Shown piece after piece: positions 1 to 10,428 of a stretch of DNA of 40,101 bases. Position 1 is the first letter of the stretch; the number at the start of each line of letters is the position of its first letter. The position numbers and the translations under genes are program-made. The DNA is from Reclinomonas americana ATCC 50394. Lineage: Eukaryota. The notes below the pieces were generated by a model. That model searched no databases, was not told the origin of the DNA, and saw only the letters and a list, made by a program, of their open reading frames with translations. The stretch lies in assembly GCA_048213135.1 (NCBI GenBank), contig PS015196.1:1-40101 (forward strand), in the 5' to 3' direction.

Positions 1-2441
1 AGGAAGGAGAGAGAGAGAGAGAATCATGCACCATAGACATCAAGCGTGACACCAGGCATGTTGCCAGTGCTCCACAGACACACACACAAAAGACTGAAAC
101 GAACTAGAGGATTGTGATCTGCAATCAAGACAGACAAGAACTGCAAACGCCACAAGTGTGGCGCGGCAATGATTGGCGAACGGCGGAAAAATGCTCAGAC
201 AAATCCGCCACAGACAAGAAAAAAACGCGAATGGCGTGAGTGGCGGACGTTTGTTTGTGTTCGATCCTCGACATCCAACACACACTCAGGCACGCATTCG
301 GTGGAAACACACAGAGAAAGGCGAGAGAGAGAGAGAGAGAGGAGGGAGAGTGAGAGCATTTCGCCAGTTGCCAACTGCGCTTCAAATCCACTTGCTGATC
401 AAACACCAACAGCAATTGCCACGTCGCACGCACATGTTCAGCACAAGAAGGAAATTGATGTGCGTGCCATTGTGAACAGACGGAGAGAGAGGAGAAGATG
501 AAGAGAGAATGAGCGAGTGAGTGAGTGCACAATGTCGCACCCAAACAGAACCCACATTTGAGACAACAAGTGGGAACGACAATGGCACACAAACACGCAC
601 AAACACATGTGCGCATGTGTGCGTTTGTGTGTGCGTGTGAGTGCGTGGGCGTGTGGCGGGCCATGTTTCACACCCGACAACAAGATGCCTCACGCAAATA
701 ACACTCACACAAACGCATACACACTGATGCAGTCACGCAGCAAGGTAGACGCGATGCAGCGCACTGCGATTCTCACGCCGGAGCAAAAGAGAGAAAGAGT
801 GCGAGAGAGCGAGTACAACATCGCCCACTCTCTTTTCACACAGGAAGAATTACACATGCAGGTCTTTGCGTGTGCGCGCATGATCGGCGCCGCGCGCACG
901 ACAAGCATTCGGAGGGCGAGAGACACACAAAGGAGCAGAGGCGCACAAGACACGCCAGTCCATATAGACGATTTTCTCCGAACCATGTGCGAACATGGCC
1001 GAGACACGCGCACACACACGCACACAGCGAGGAGAGCGAGGCAACTACGTGCAAGGAGGGAGGTCGCGCGGTGCACAGAAAGTAAGTGAGCGGGATGAGT
1101 GGAGGGGCCACGCAACTCTCAATGCCCATTGTGAAATGGTGAGGTGGGACAACGCGAGGACACTTTGGCGGATCTGGCGTTGTGCAAGAGGCCACAGTGG
1201 CCGTTCTGCACGCCAGACGTTCACAGGCACAGCTATACTGCACCTGCAAAATGAAGCGCATTAAACTGTGTTTTTCGGAGCGCGCGACGTCGATGATTTT
1301 TGCATGAAAGTGTTGCACACGCGCTGGAGCAAGTCGTGTCACTGCAAGTAGACACTTTTATGCTCACTGTACACCTTCCACAGTCTCATCGCGTTTTTAT
1401 TCTTGTCGACTCGCAGCGGAAGTACGTCGACGTTTTATTTGTTGCGCGTCTTGCCAAAGAAAGAAGCATTCATCAGTGGCAAGCATGCACGGTGGAAGAC
1501 AACACACAGCACGCAGACCAGGTCGCCCAGGACATCCTCTCTGATTTATTTATTGAGTGCACAAAAATGNNNNNNNNNNNNNNNNNNNNNNNNNNNNNNN
1601 NNNNNNNNNNNNNNNNNNNNNNNNNNNNNNNNNNNNNNNNNNNNNNNNNNNNNNNNNNNNNNNNNNNNNNNNNNNNNNNNNNNNNNNNNNNNNNNNNNNN
1701 NNNNNNNNNNNNNNNNNNNNNNNNNNNNNNNNNNNNNNNNNNNNNNNNNNNNNNNNNNNNNNNNNNNNNNNNNNNNNNNNNNNNNNNNNNNNNNNNNNNN
1801 NNNNNNNNNNNNNNNNNNNNNNNNNNNNNNNNNNNNNNNNNNNNNNNNNNNNNNNNNNNNNNNNNNNNNNNNNNNNNNNNNNNNNNNNNNNNNNNNNNNN
1901 NNNNNNNNNNNNNNNNNNNNNNNNNNNNNNNNNNNNNNNNNNNNNNNNNNNNNNNNNNNNNNNNNNNNNNNNNNNNNNNNNNNNNNNNNNNNNNNNNNNN
2001 NNNNNNNNNNNNNNNNNNNNNNNNNNNNNNNNNNNNNNNNNNNNNNNNNNNNNNNNNNNNNNNNNNNNNNNNNNNNNNNNNNNNNNNNNNNNNNNNNNNN
2101 NNNNNNNNNNNNNNNNNNNNNNNNNNNNNNNNNNNNNNNNNNNNNNNNNNNNNNNNNNNNNNNNNNNNNNNNNNNNNNNNNNNNNNNNNNNNNNNNNNNN
2201 NNNNNNNNNNNNNNNNNNNNNNNNNNNNNNNNNNNNNNNNNNNNNNNNNNNNNNNNNNNNNNNNNNNNNNNNNNNNNNNNNNNNNNNNNNNNNNNNNNNN
2301 NNNNNNNNNNNNNNNNNNNNNNNNNNNNNNNNNNNNNNNNNNNNNNNNNNNNNNNNNNNNNNNNNNNNNNNNNNNNNNNNNNNNNNNNNNNNNNNNNNNN
2401 NNNNNNNNNNNNNNNNNNNNNNNNNNNNNNNNNNNNNNNNN

Positions 2442-5400
2442 CGACGCGCGATTGTGCTCCTCTCGCTTCTTGCGCTGCTCTTGTGTGTCGCCACCTCTTC
2501 TTGCAATGCACACAGCTCGTCGTCATCTTCTCCGGCGGTGACTTATGACAAGTTCTCGCGCTTGTTGTATGGAGGTGGTGGTTTTGATCAGCTGACGTGG
2601 ACCGACACCGAGTGCGCCACGTGCACCATGTCCATCTCGGTGTTGGATTATGCCACGCAGGAGGATCCGCAGGTNNNNNNNNNNNNNNNNNNNNNNNNNN
2701 NNNNNNNNNNNNNNNNNNNNNNNNNNNNNNNNNNNNNNNNNNNNNNNNNNNNNNNNNNNNNNNNNNNNNNNNNNNNNNNNNNNNNNNNNNNNNNNNNNNN
2801 NNNNNNNNNNNNNNNNNNNNNNNNNNNNNNNNNNNNNNNNNNNNNNNNNNNNNNNNNNNNNGAGAGGGAGAGAGGGAGAGGAGAGAGGGAGAGGGAGAGG
2901 GAGAGGGAGAGGAAGAGAGTGGGAGAGGAGGGAGCGGAAGAGTGGACGGAGAAGTGAGAGTGAGGGAAATGAGATGCATTTATTCCGCGTCCCTTCTCAC
3001 TCCTTCCCTCTCTCTCTCTTCATTCACACTCACCTCCCCACCACCTCCTCTCCACTCAACCTCCCCTCGCCTCCGTTCTCCACACACGCCAAGTGCGCCA
3101 ACAATCGCTCAACTCTCACTCACACACGCGGAATGCATCACTCTCTTGTCTGTCGATCTCTTGTCCACATCTAAGTCTCTTCTCCCGACTACCAGCCTCT
3201 TGCAGTCTCCGCTATCTAGCAGTGTCTTCTGTGGTTGCCAACCTTTCTTCTCGTATCTTCTTTCTCTTCTCTTGTCTCTGCTTGTCTTCTCCATTCTCCC
3301 TTCTTTTTCTCCTCTCTTCTTGTACCAGCCAGTCACCTCTGCGTGCTGGCAGCATGTCGTGGCGCTCCAGTGGCTGTCTGTGTGTTCTGTGTCTGCCAGG
3401 CTCTTCTGTGCCTATCAGTCTTCTCTGCGTATGCCTCTTCCAGTCTCCGCTGCATCCGGCAGTCTCTTCTGTGGTTGCAAAATCTTCTCGTCTCGTATCT
3501 TCTTTCTTCTCTTGTCTCTGCTTCTCTTCTCCGTTCTCCCTTCTTTTTCTCCTCTCTTCTTGTGGCAGTCAGTCTCCTCCGTGCTGGAAGGCTCTCCGTC
3601 TCCCTTGCCGCGGCTGTCTGTGTGTTCTGTGCCTGCCAGGTTCTTCTGTGCCAATCAGTCTCCTCTGCATGCTGGAGCCTTTCTTGGCTATCTGTCTCCT
3701 TTGTTGCAGCATTCAGTGTCTTCTGTGTCTGCCACTCTTCTGTGCAAATTAGTCTCCTCCGCGCTGGAAGGCTCTCCGTCTCCTTTCAGTGTGTTCTGTG
3801 TCTGCCAGGCTCTTTTATGCCAATCAGTCTCCTCTCCGCGTCTGGCAGCCTTTCTTGGCAGTCTGTCTCCTTGTTTGCAGCACTCAGTGTCTTCTGTGTC
3901 TGCCACTCTTCTGTTGTTGCCAGCCTCCCTTCTCATCTTCTACCCCCTGTCCTTTTCTCTCTGGTTTCTCCATTTCTTTTGTGCCTGTCAGTCTCTTCCT
4001 CTGCACACGTTATCGTTGCCTTCTCTCGTCGTGCTGTCTCTCGTTCCCACTTCTTCCCTTGTCTCTCTCTCGCCACCACATCTCGCTCTCTTCCTTTGCT
4101 CCTTCTCTCTTGCCTTCGTCCCTTCCTCACCACGCCAAATCCATGCGCAGCAAGCGGCGGTGATTGTGGACAAGTTTTGCGACATGATTGGTGAGCTCCG
4201 CGCTTATCCTCTCTCTCCCACACTTCTCCTTCTCGCTCACATCTTCCCTCTGCGCAGGCAAGGCCGGCTATCCGGCCATCGCCAAGGAGTGCAAGGCCGC
4301 ATGGGCTCTCTTTGGACCCACCGTCATTCAGATGCTGGAGGATCACGTTGCGTGAGCGCTGCCCCCTCATCTTCCCGCCCGCTTGCCCCCTCTCTTACCT
4401 CGATCACGCACACAGTACACTGGTGACGACATTTGCCAGCACATTGGGTGAGATGCATAATGAGAGAGGCCACGCACACCCCATCCCACTCCCTCACTGC
4501 TCCTTTTTTTAGTGTGTGCCACAAGCACTCACAGTGCCGCCTCGGACCGGTGGTGCCGCCCAAGAAGCTGACAGACAATGCTGACGCTGCCGATGGCGAC
4601 AGCGACAGCCCGGTGTACTACAAGTGGCAGCACCAGCGCGTGCCGGGTCCCGCCGATCCAGTGCATCTGCTGGCCCCGATGGCGGCCCTCGGCATTGTGT
4701 GGCCGTGGGATAAGGTCATTGATCACTACCCGGCAGAGGATTTGGATGGCGATCATTTTTCAAGTGAGTGCGGTGGAAGGGGGAAGGATGAGGGGGAAGG
4801 ACTGGGGGGAAAGGGATGGAGGAGGAGAGTAGGTGTGATGTTGATTTCGTGCTTGAGACTGTCACAATTGTTGTGTGAGTCGTGTACTAGCAGTGGAGAT
4901 TGGTTGCTTTGTAGAGGTTTCCGTGTACTCAGTGAGAGGGCAGGCGGCGTGCGTGTGTCACCGATGTGAGAGATGTCTGTGTGCATTCTTGCGTGAGTCG
5001 CGCACTTGTGGTGGAGATCGGTTGCATGTTTTCTTCCTTGCTTGCGCAGTGAGTGGGTAAGAGGCATAAGCTTCTCGTGCTTGTAGCTGTCACCGATGGG
5101 ATAGATATCTGGGTGCTATTTGCCGTGCGAGAAGCATCGCCAGTGTGATTCCTTGTGTGCAGTGAGTGGGTAAGAGGCATGAGGTTCTCGTGCTCAAACC
5201 TTCGCCCACCCTCACCCTCTCCTGCTCCCACCGCAGCCATGTCCACTCTCCGCGGCTCATCCTGGCGCGGCAAGGACTGCGACGACGCACGTCCGAACGT
5301 GTACCCCGGCCGTCGGCCGAAGGCTCACGACGATGTTGCGCGCTGCAAGCACACAGAGTTAAGCCTCCATGACTTCCTTCTCATGTCTCCACAGGATCAC

Positions 5401-7341
5401 CTGGACACCAACTGCAACGGCATTTTCGGTGTGGATGCCAACGGAACACCGTACGAGGATAAGCTGTGCGGCAACAGCAATCCGTACTCGGTGATTGTTC
5501 TCGGCGACTCGGTGAGCACGAAGCGACGGTGTCCCTTTCTCCCTTTTCTCTTTTTGATCACTTCTTTGCACAAGGCCTCGGCGCATTTCCACTTGCCGTA
5601 CAACATCACCACGCCGGAGGAGTGGGCCTTTGTGGCGGAGAACGAGGTCGACTACCCGCAGTGCTCGTGGAGCACGGGTCACTTGCCGACTGCCGAGTGC
5701 CCCGATGCCGCCGGTCTGCCCATGGACTCGGTGTACCTGCGCGTGCGCCAGCAGAATCGTTGCGTCTATCAATGGAGCGAGGTGTGATTGTTGCCTCATT
5801 TCCCCCTCCCTATTGCAGGCTGCTCGCACCGCCAGTACCAGAACATTTCGGTGAATGGTGCTCGATGCACGTCGATGGTGCGCGACATCCTGAACACCAC
5901 CTCGCTGCACGGCGCCAACGACATTCCCTCGCTGGTGTTCTACGCCCTCGTCGGGTTCGTAGTCTCTCTGCGTCTCTTGTTGATGGACATGAGGCTCACA
6001 AATGTGATGTGTGCGTACAGTAATGATGTGTGCAATCGCCACCAGAACACCACCTCGTCGATGACCACGCCGCAGGAGTTTGAGGAGAAGGTGAGGCATC
6101 ACTTCTTCTTTTGATTGTCTTTCTCGTCGCTCACCGCGTGGCGGCACAGGTGACGGAGGCGCTGCAGTGGCTCGACAAGAACATTGCCCCAAAGTCGCAC
6201 ATTGTGTTCATGGGACTCGAGCACGGTGGCATGTGGGTGAGTAGGACGGAGGGAAGCGGATTTGTGGTACATGCTGATAATTGGGCGATGGGCAGGAAAT
6301 CATGAGCAACGTGGTGCATCCCTCTGTCGGTACCACGTATGCGGCCATGTGGAACTTTATCGGTTGCCTGGAGAGTTGCGTGAGGAGAGGGAAAGAGCGA
6401 GGGAGCGAAGCAAAGTAGATGGTTGGGAACGGTTACTGTTCCATGGAGAGATTCCAGAGCAACAGCGAGCTGGAGGAGCGAGATGGACACCACATTATGC
6501 GATTGGTGCGACTCTCATCGGGAGAGCCAGCGAGACATGGAAGAGCGCAGAAGTGCGGCTCATCGGGAGAGTCAGAGATACGACAGGATGGAGAGCGCGC
6601 ACAAGTAGGCAACGACACTCACGGAGAGAGCAAGTTGATGCCAGAATGGGGAGGGTGCAGATTTGTGTCTCTTTGTCGCAGCGAGACAGATACGTCAGCG
6701 CACGTAGCTTGTGTATCACTTGATCAGCGTGACTATTATCAAGTGCAGACGAAGGAGAGACTGCGAAGCACTGCATGTGTAATAGGCACAGAAGGAGCGC
6801 AGTGGAATGGACGTTGCTGATTGTAACTATTGGTCTCCCGCAGTCTCACCGTGCTGGGGCTGGCTCAACCCGGATCCCACGTGGCGCAACATCACCACCG
6901 CCTGGGCCGCCACTCTTGATGCCGTGTACACCAAGGTTTGTCTCCATCCTCTCTCACCTGCCGAGAAGATGGCTGAGCCGCGAGCGTTGTTGTTGTTGTT
7001 GCGCAGATTATCGGCGAGCAAAAGTTCAACAACTTCGACATGACGTACCTCGACAACCCGGACTCCCGCATTCGCCAGGACTGGATCAACGCTGGCAAGG
7101 ACCCCAAGGTGCGTAGCCTTTTCCTCTCGAGTGGTGACGAGTCCCTCTTGCCACTCACCGCGACACACGGCAGGAACTGCTGGAGTGGGTCGGCGGCGGC
7201 CATCCGAGCCAGGTGATTCACGTGCTGACGGCGCAATACCTGTGGAACCAGCTGGCCAAGTTGAATCCGTCGCCGCTGCCGCCCGCCAATCCCAACAACG
7301 CGCAGATCGAGCAGCTGTTTGGTGATCAGGGTGGGTATTGA
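2442..7341 (+). CDS. AOAH: Acyloxyacyl hydrolase (saposin B domain + SGNH/GDSL lipase), 15 exons; start codon hidden in the upstream N gap
   Basis: Exons join in frame with GT-AG introns: <2442-2672, 4151-4190, 4258-4346, 4416-4447, 4513-4763, 5237-5334, 5395-5511, 5575-5758, 5819-5954, 6021-6090, 6150-6236, 6296-6374, 6844-6935, 7007-7108, 7174-7341 (TGA). Protein features: signal peptide RAIVLLSLLALLLCVA; saposin Cys pattern (ECATC..KFC..KEC..DICQHIGVC); TLRGSSWRGKDCDD; NVYPGRRP; DTNCNGIFG; LGDSASAHFH; RCSHRQYQNISVNGAR; LVGNDVC; SPCWGW; C-terminal QLFGDQGGY. These match recalled AOAH motifs. Confidence 0.95.
3190..3920 (+). repeat. Degenerate tandem duplications (~240-nt and ~180-nt spacing) inside AOAH intron 1
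   Basis: tcttctgtggttgc at ~3225 and ~3465; ttctttttctcctctcttcttgt at 3301 and 3541; gctggaaggctctccgtctcc at ~3582 and ~3763; cagtgtcttctgtgtctgccactcttctgt at ~3714 and ~3885. Confidence 0.85.
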
Positions 7342-7638
7342 TGGAGGCTTGGGATGAGCGTTGTTTTCCGATTGCATTCTCGCTGAGTTGTGAGTGTACT
7401 TTTGATGGTGAGTTGAATTGGGAGGTTTGTACGTCTGTATGCCACGACAGTGTGGTTGGACAGGGCAGTGTTACGCAATCTGCGACCAGCTATGCAGGAT
7501 TGTCGACAGGGAACGCGCGTATTCAAGGGATTACTATGATCACACCATGCTGAATGAGCGCCTGTGTCAGTGTTCTGGAACTGGTTGGACTTGGTCATCA
7601 CAATTGGTGGAAGTGGAGAGTGAGTCAGGAGATGGAGG

Positions 7639-8010
7639 ACAACAACAACAACAACAACTGTACTAATCCAAACAGCAACACAGCTGCATGGTGATCTTGA
7701 GTGAGCCCCAGAAACTCAGACATCACGGAAAAACGAGAAAAAAGTCGAGATGGATAATGCTGGCGTTTCTGCAACAGAAACCGTGGCTCATGACAAGCAT
7801 GGAGTTGACGCCAACTTCCGAAAGGAATGCGGAAAGATACTGCAACAACAAAGACAGCGAGGAAACGGTCGAAACAAGACAACAACAATTCATTCGCCAA
7901 CAACAACAACAACTACTTTACTAATCCAAACAGCAGCAGAAACAAGCAACAGCTGTCTTGATGACCAAGTTCAACCGCAGCGTATCAGAGAAACCACGGC
8001 TCATCATCTG
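7639..8010. repeat. Degenerate direct repeat with (CAA)n heads in the intergenic region
   Basis: (caa)n-act...tactaatccaaacagca at ~7640-7678 and ~7898-7935; agaaaccgtggctcat at ~7776 vs agaaaccacggctcat at ~7989. Confidence 0.6.
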
Positions 8011-8359
8011 AGGGGCTTCAAACGCAGCCGTGGTGATCCAGCTCCTGGACACGACTCTCCTCGGAAAACCAACGAAGTCCGAGATCGATCTGCACTCCTA
8101 CACCACAGACCAATTGCAAACCGCAGCGAGCTGGATTCTGATTTTCGTCGTCGTTCCGCTTTCCGGGAATTCGAATTCGAACGCCGCAACGCCAGCTGTC
8201 TTCTAGAGACCTTGCCTCTCCTGTTACGGTCCCGGTCCGGCCCGACCCGGCTTGGCTGCCACCTGGCCAGCCGTCTACGATCCGCATTCGTCGACCGATT
8301 TTTTCCCGCGCTCGGAACAATGCTCGCGACATGCAAAAGCGCACATTTCGCAGTCAACA

Positions 8360-9652
8360 ATGAGCGAGTCCACGGGCTTTGGTCCGCTTTACGGCGACGA
8401 GAAGAAGGGAGTTGCGTGAGCGTGTCTATGCGGGGGAAGAGTGCAAAGACGGAGAAAAAGCGCGCGTGCACCATGTTGGCCATGGTCACGCAGGGAGGGA
8501 GAGAGAGACACGCACCTGCGCGCACTCACGCGGCAGGGATAAGCTCTTGTTACGCTAGTGCTCCACTGTGAGCGCGGGATGCAGCGAGAACGAAAGAGCA
8601 AGAAGCGGTTTGGGCATGTCACTCAACTTGTCTCTCTCACGCACACAGTGGAACTACTTCCTGGCTGCGGTGTGGATTGTGGGTGTGGCCTTTGCCACGG
8701 TTAGTCATGCAACTCGTCGACTGCCACCTCCCACAACTGTGTGAGAGAGTAACATTGTGTGTCTTTGCGTGATGATGATGATTGATCAGGGCGCCGTCAT
8801 TGGTTTGATTGTCGTCGGCATTCGCGATCATGTGTACCAGGACGCCATGCAGGCCATCACACTGGGATTACTCGTCACGGCCAACTTTATGGTGTTCTTG
8901 TGGTACCGGAAAGGTAGCTGGGCGCGAGGGGGCGGATTGATGGATGAGAAGCGAATGTTGTTGTTGACAAGGCGTGGTGTGTGAGCAGAGTCCAACACAT
9001 CACCCGGCTTCAAGTGGATCATTTTCTTCCTGTGCATCACGCTGTACTGGGCTGGTGAGTTGATTGGGAGAGCGACTCGTTGTTCGAGGATGCAGTTTGC
9101 ATGCAGCACATCTCTCGCGTGATTGCCGCTCTGGTCTGCCGTGTGTCTCCTCGTGTGCCGCTTGTCTGTCGCACAGTAGACTGGGGCGCGCGACTGTTCT
9201 TACTGCGTCTGTGTTGCGCCACTTGTCGTGCTGTCTGCCGACTGCAGCTCTGCATTTTCTGCGTGCTGGCGCTTCCGCTCTGGTCTCGCCGTGTGTCTCG
9301 CCGTGTGCCACTTGTTTTCTTGCGCCTCTTCTTCTTACATCTATGTTGCGCGACCTCTTGCTGTCTTCCGACCGGAACACTTGGGCTCCTGGTGCATCGT
9401 CGTTCTCGCCTCGCTGTGTGTCTCCTCGTGTGCAGCTTGTTCGCTGCGCTGCACGCTTGGGCGCGATTTTCTTCTTGCATCTGTGTCGCATTTGTCTCGT
9501 TGATCGAGGCTGCCTTTGTGTGTGTCTCTGCCGTGCTTTCCGTTCTGTCCTTGCTGCATTTCTTTCGCGTGCCGCTTGGTTGTTGTGCAACAGATCGAGT
9601 GCATCTGCTTCGTACTTGCCTTTAGACTGGAGCACTTGACTCCCTCTGCCTG
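8360..9652 (+). CDS. Small multi-pass membrane protein, TMEM243-like; last-exon frame uncertain
   Basis: Exons 8360-8410, probable 8559-8567, 8649-8699, 8790-8913, 8989-9054, 9594->9625/9652 give MSESTGFGPLYGDEKKG(CST)WNYFLAAVWIVGVAFATGAVIGLIVVGIRDHVYQDAMQAITLGLLVTANFMVFLWYRKESNTSPGFKWIIFFLCITLYW. PLYG and LWYRK..P.FKWII resemble recalled TMEM243 motifs PLFG and YWYRQG..PKFRKLI. Confidence 0.6.
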
Positions 9653-9698
9653 NNNNNNNNNNNNNNNNNNNNNNNNNNNNNNNNNNNNNNNNNNNNNN

Positions 9699-10279
9699 AC
9701 GTCAGTCAGCATCGCGCTGGTCGCCACGTACCTGACGTCGCGTTCCGGCTCAACCGGCTCCCCCGTGATTCGTGCCACGCTGCCGTTCCTCGCTGTGGCG
9801 CTGGCTGGAGGTAGAAAAGGACGGAGTCCTCGCTGTTGCTTCCCACCCACGTGCTCATCCCGTTTATCATCGCAGGTGCCAATGTCGCCCTCATGCGCCG
9901 CTCGGAGCTCACGCAGGGCGTGGAGGTGTTCGATCACGAGGGTGTGTCGCACGGGCAGTCGATTCGCGCAGGCCAGATGGCCATTGCACAGTGCGCCGTA
10001 GCGCGTGTGCTGTGGAACATCCCGCTGATGGTCATCCCGCCAATCCTCATGAGTCGCCTCTCCAAGTCCTCCTCACTGATCCGCAACAATCACCGGCTAC
10101 GCATGGCCGTGGAACTGGTCGTCATCACCGCCTGCCTCATGATCGGCGTCTCACCCGCACTCGCCGTGTTCCCGCAACGCGACTCGGCCAAGGTCGAGAA
10201 TTTGGAGCCGCAATTCCAGCAACTGCACGACTCGCAGGGCCGTCGCATCGAGCGATTGTTCTACAACAAGGGCTTGTGA
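9699..10279 (+). CDS. Sideroflexin (mitochondrial SFXN/Fsf1 family), C-terminal half only
   Basis: Exons <9699-9810 and 9876-10279 give LPFLAVALAGGANVALMRRSELTQGVEVFD..G.S..AG..AI.QCAVARV..ALAVFPQ..LEPQFQ..FYNKGL*, the typical sideroflexin signature. The 5' half is missing at the gap 9653-9698. Confidence 0.93.
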
Positions 10280-10428
10280 GCTGCAGCTGCTGCTTTTCTT
10301 TTCTCCGCTTCACCCCCGTACATCCGGACCGCGGTCCGAGTAACTCATTAAAGTCATGCAAGCGGAGGGGGGCGTCGGAGCTGTCCTGCATCATTGTTCT
10401 TCCTTCGTTACTTACCTCGCGCGCGCAA

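Noticed and set aside
1300-2979. Long ORFs spanning N runs here and at other gaps
   Set aside because: Artefacts of translating assembly gaps.
3190-3920. Possible CRISPR array or MITE in the intronic repeats
   Set aside because: Units are degenerate and variable in length, with no repeat-spacer regularity, terminal inverted repeats or target-site duplications, and the context is eukaryotic.
2862-4140. Long Leu/Ser/Cys-rich ORFs (2597-4426, 3235-4194; also 10932-11927 and 9064-9639)
   Set aside because: These are translations of CT-rich intronic repeats that are poor in stop codons.
8140-8260. tRNA or B-box-like TTCGAA palindromes
   Set aside because: No cloverleaf or A-box could be built.
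7750-8571. 273-aa + ORF and 173-aa - ORF
   Set aside because: Low-complexity, Arg/Thr-rich composition with no motifs, and they overlap the spliced TMEM243-like gene in another frame or strand.
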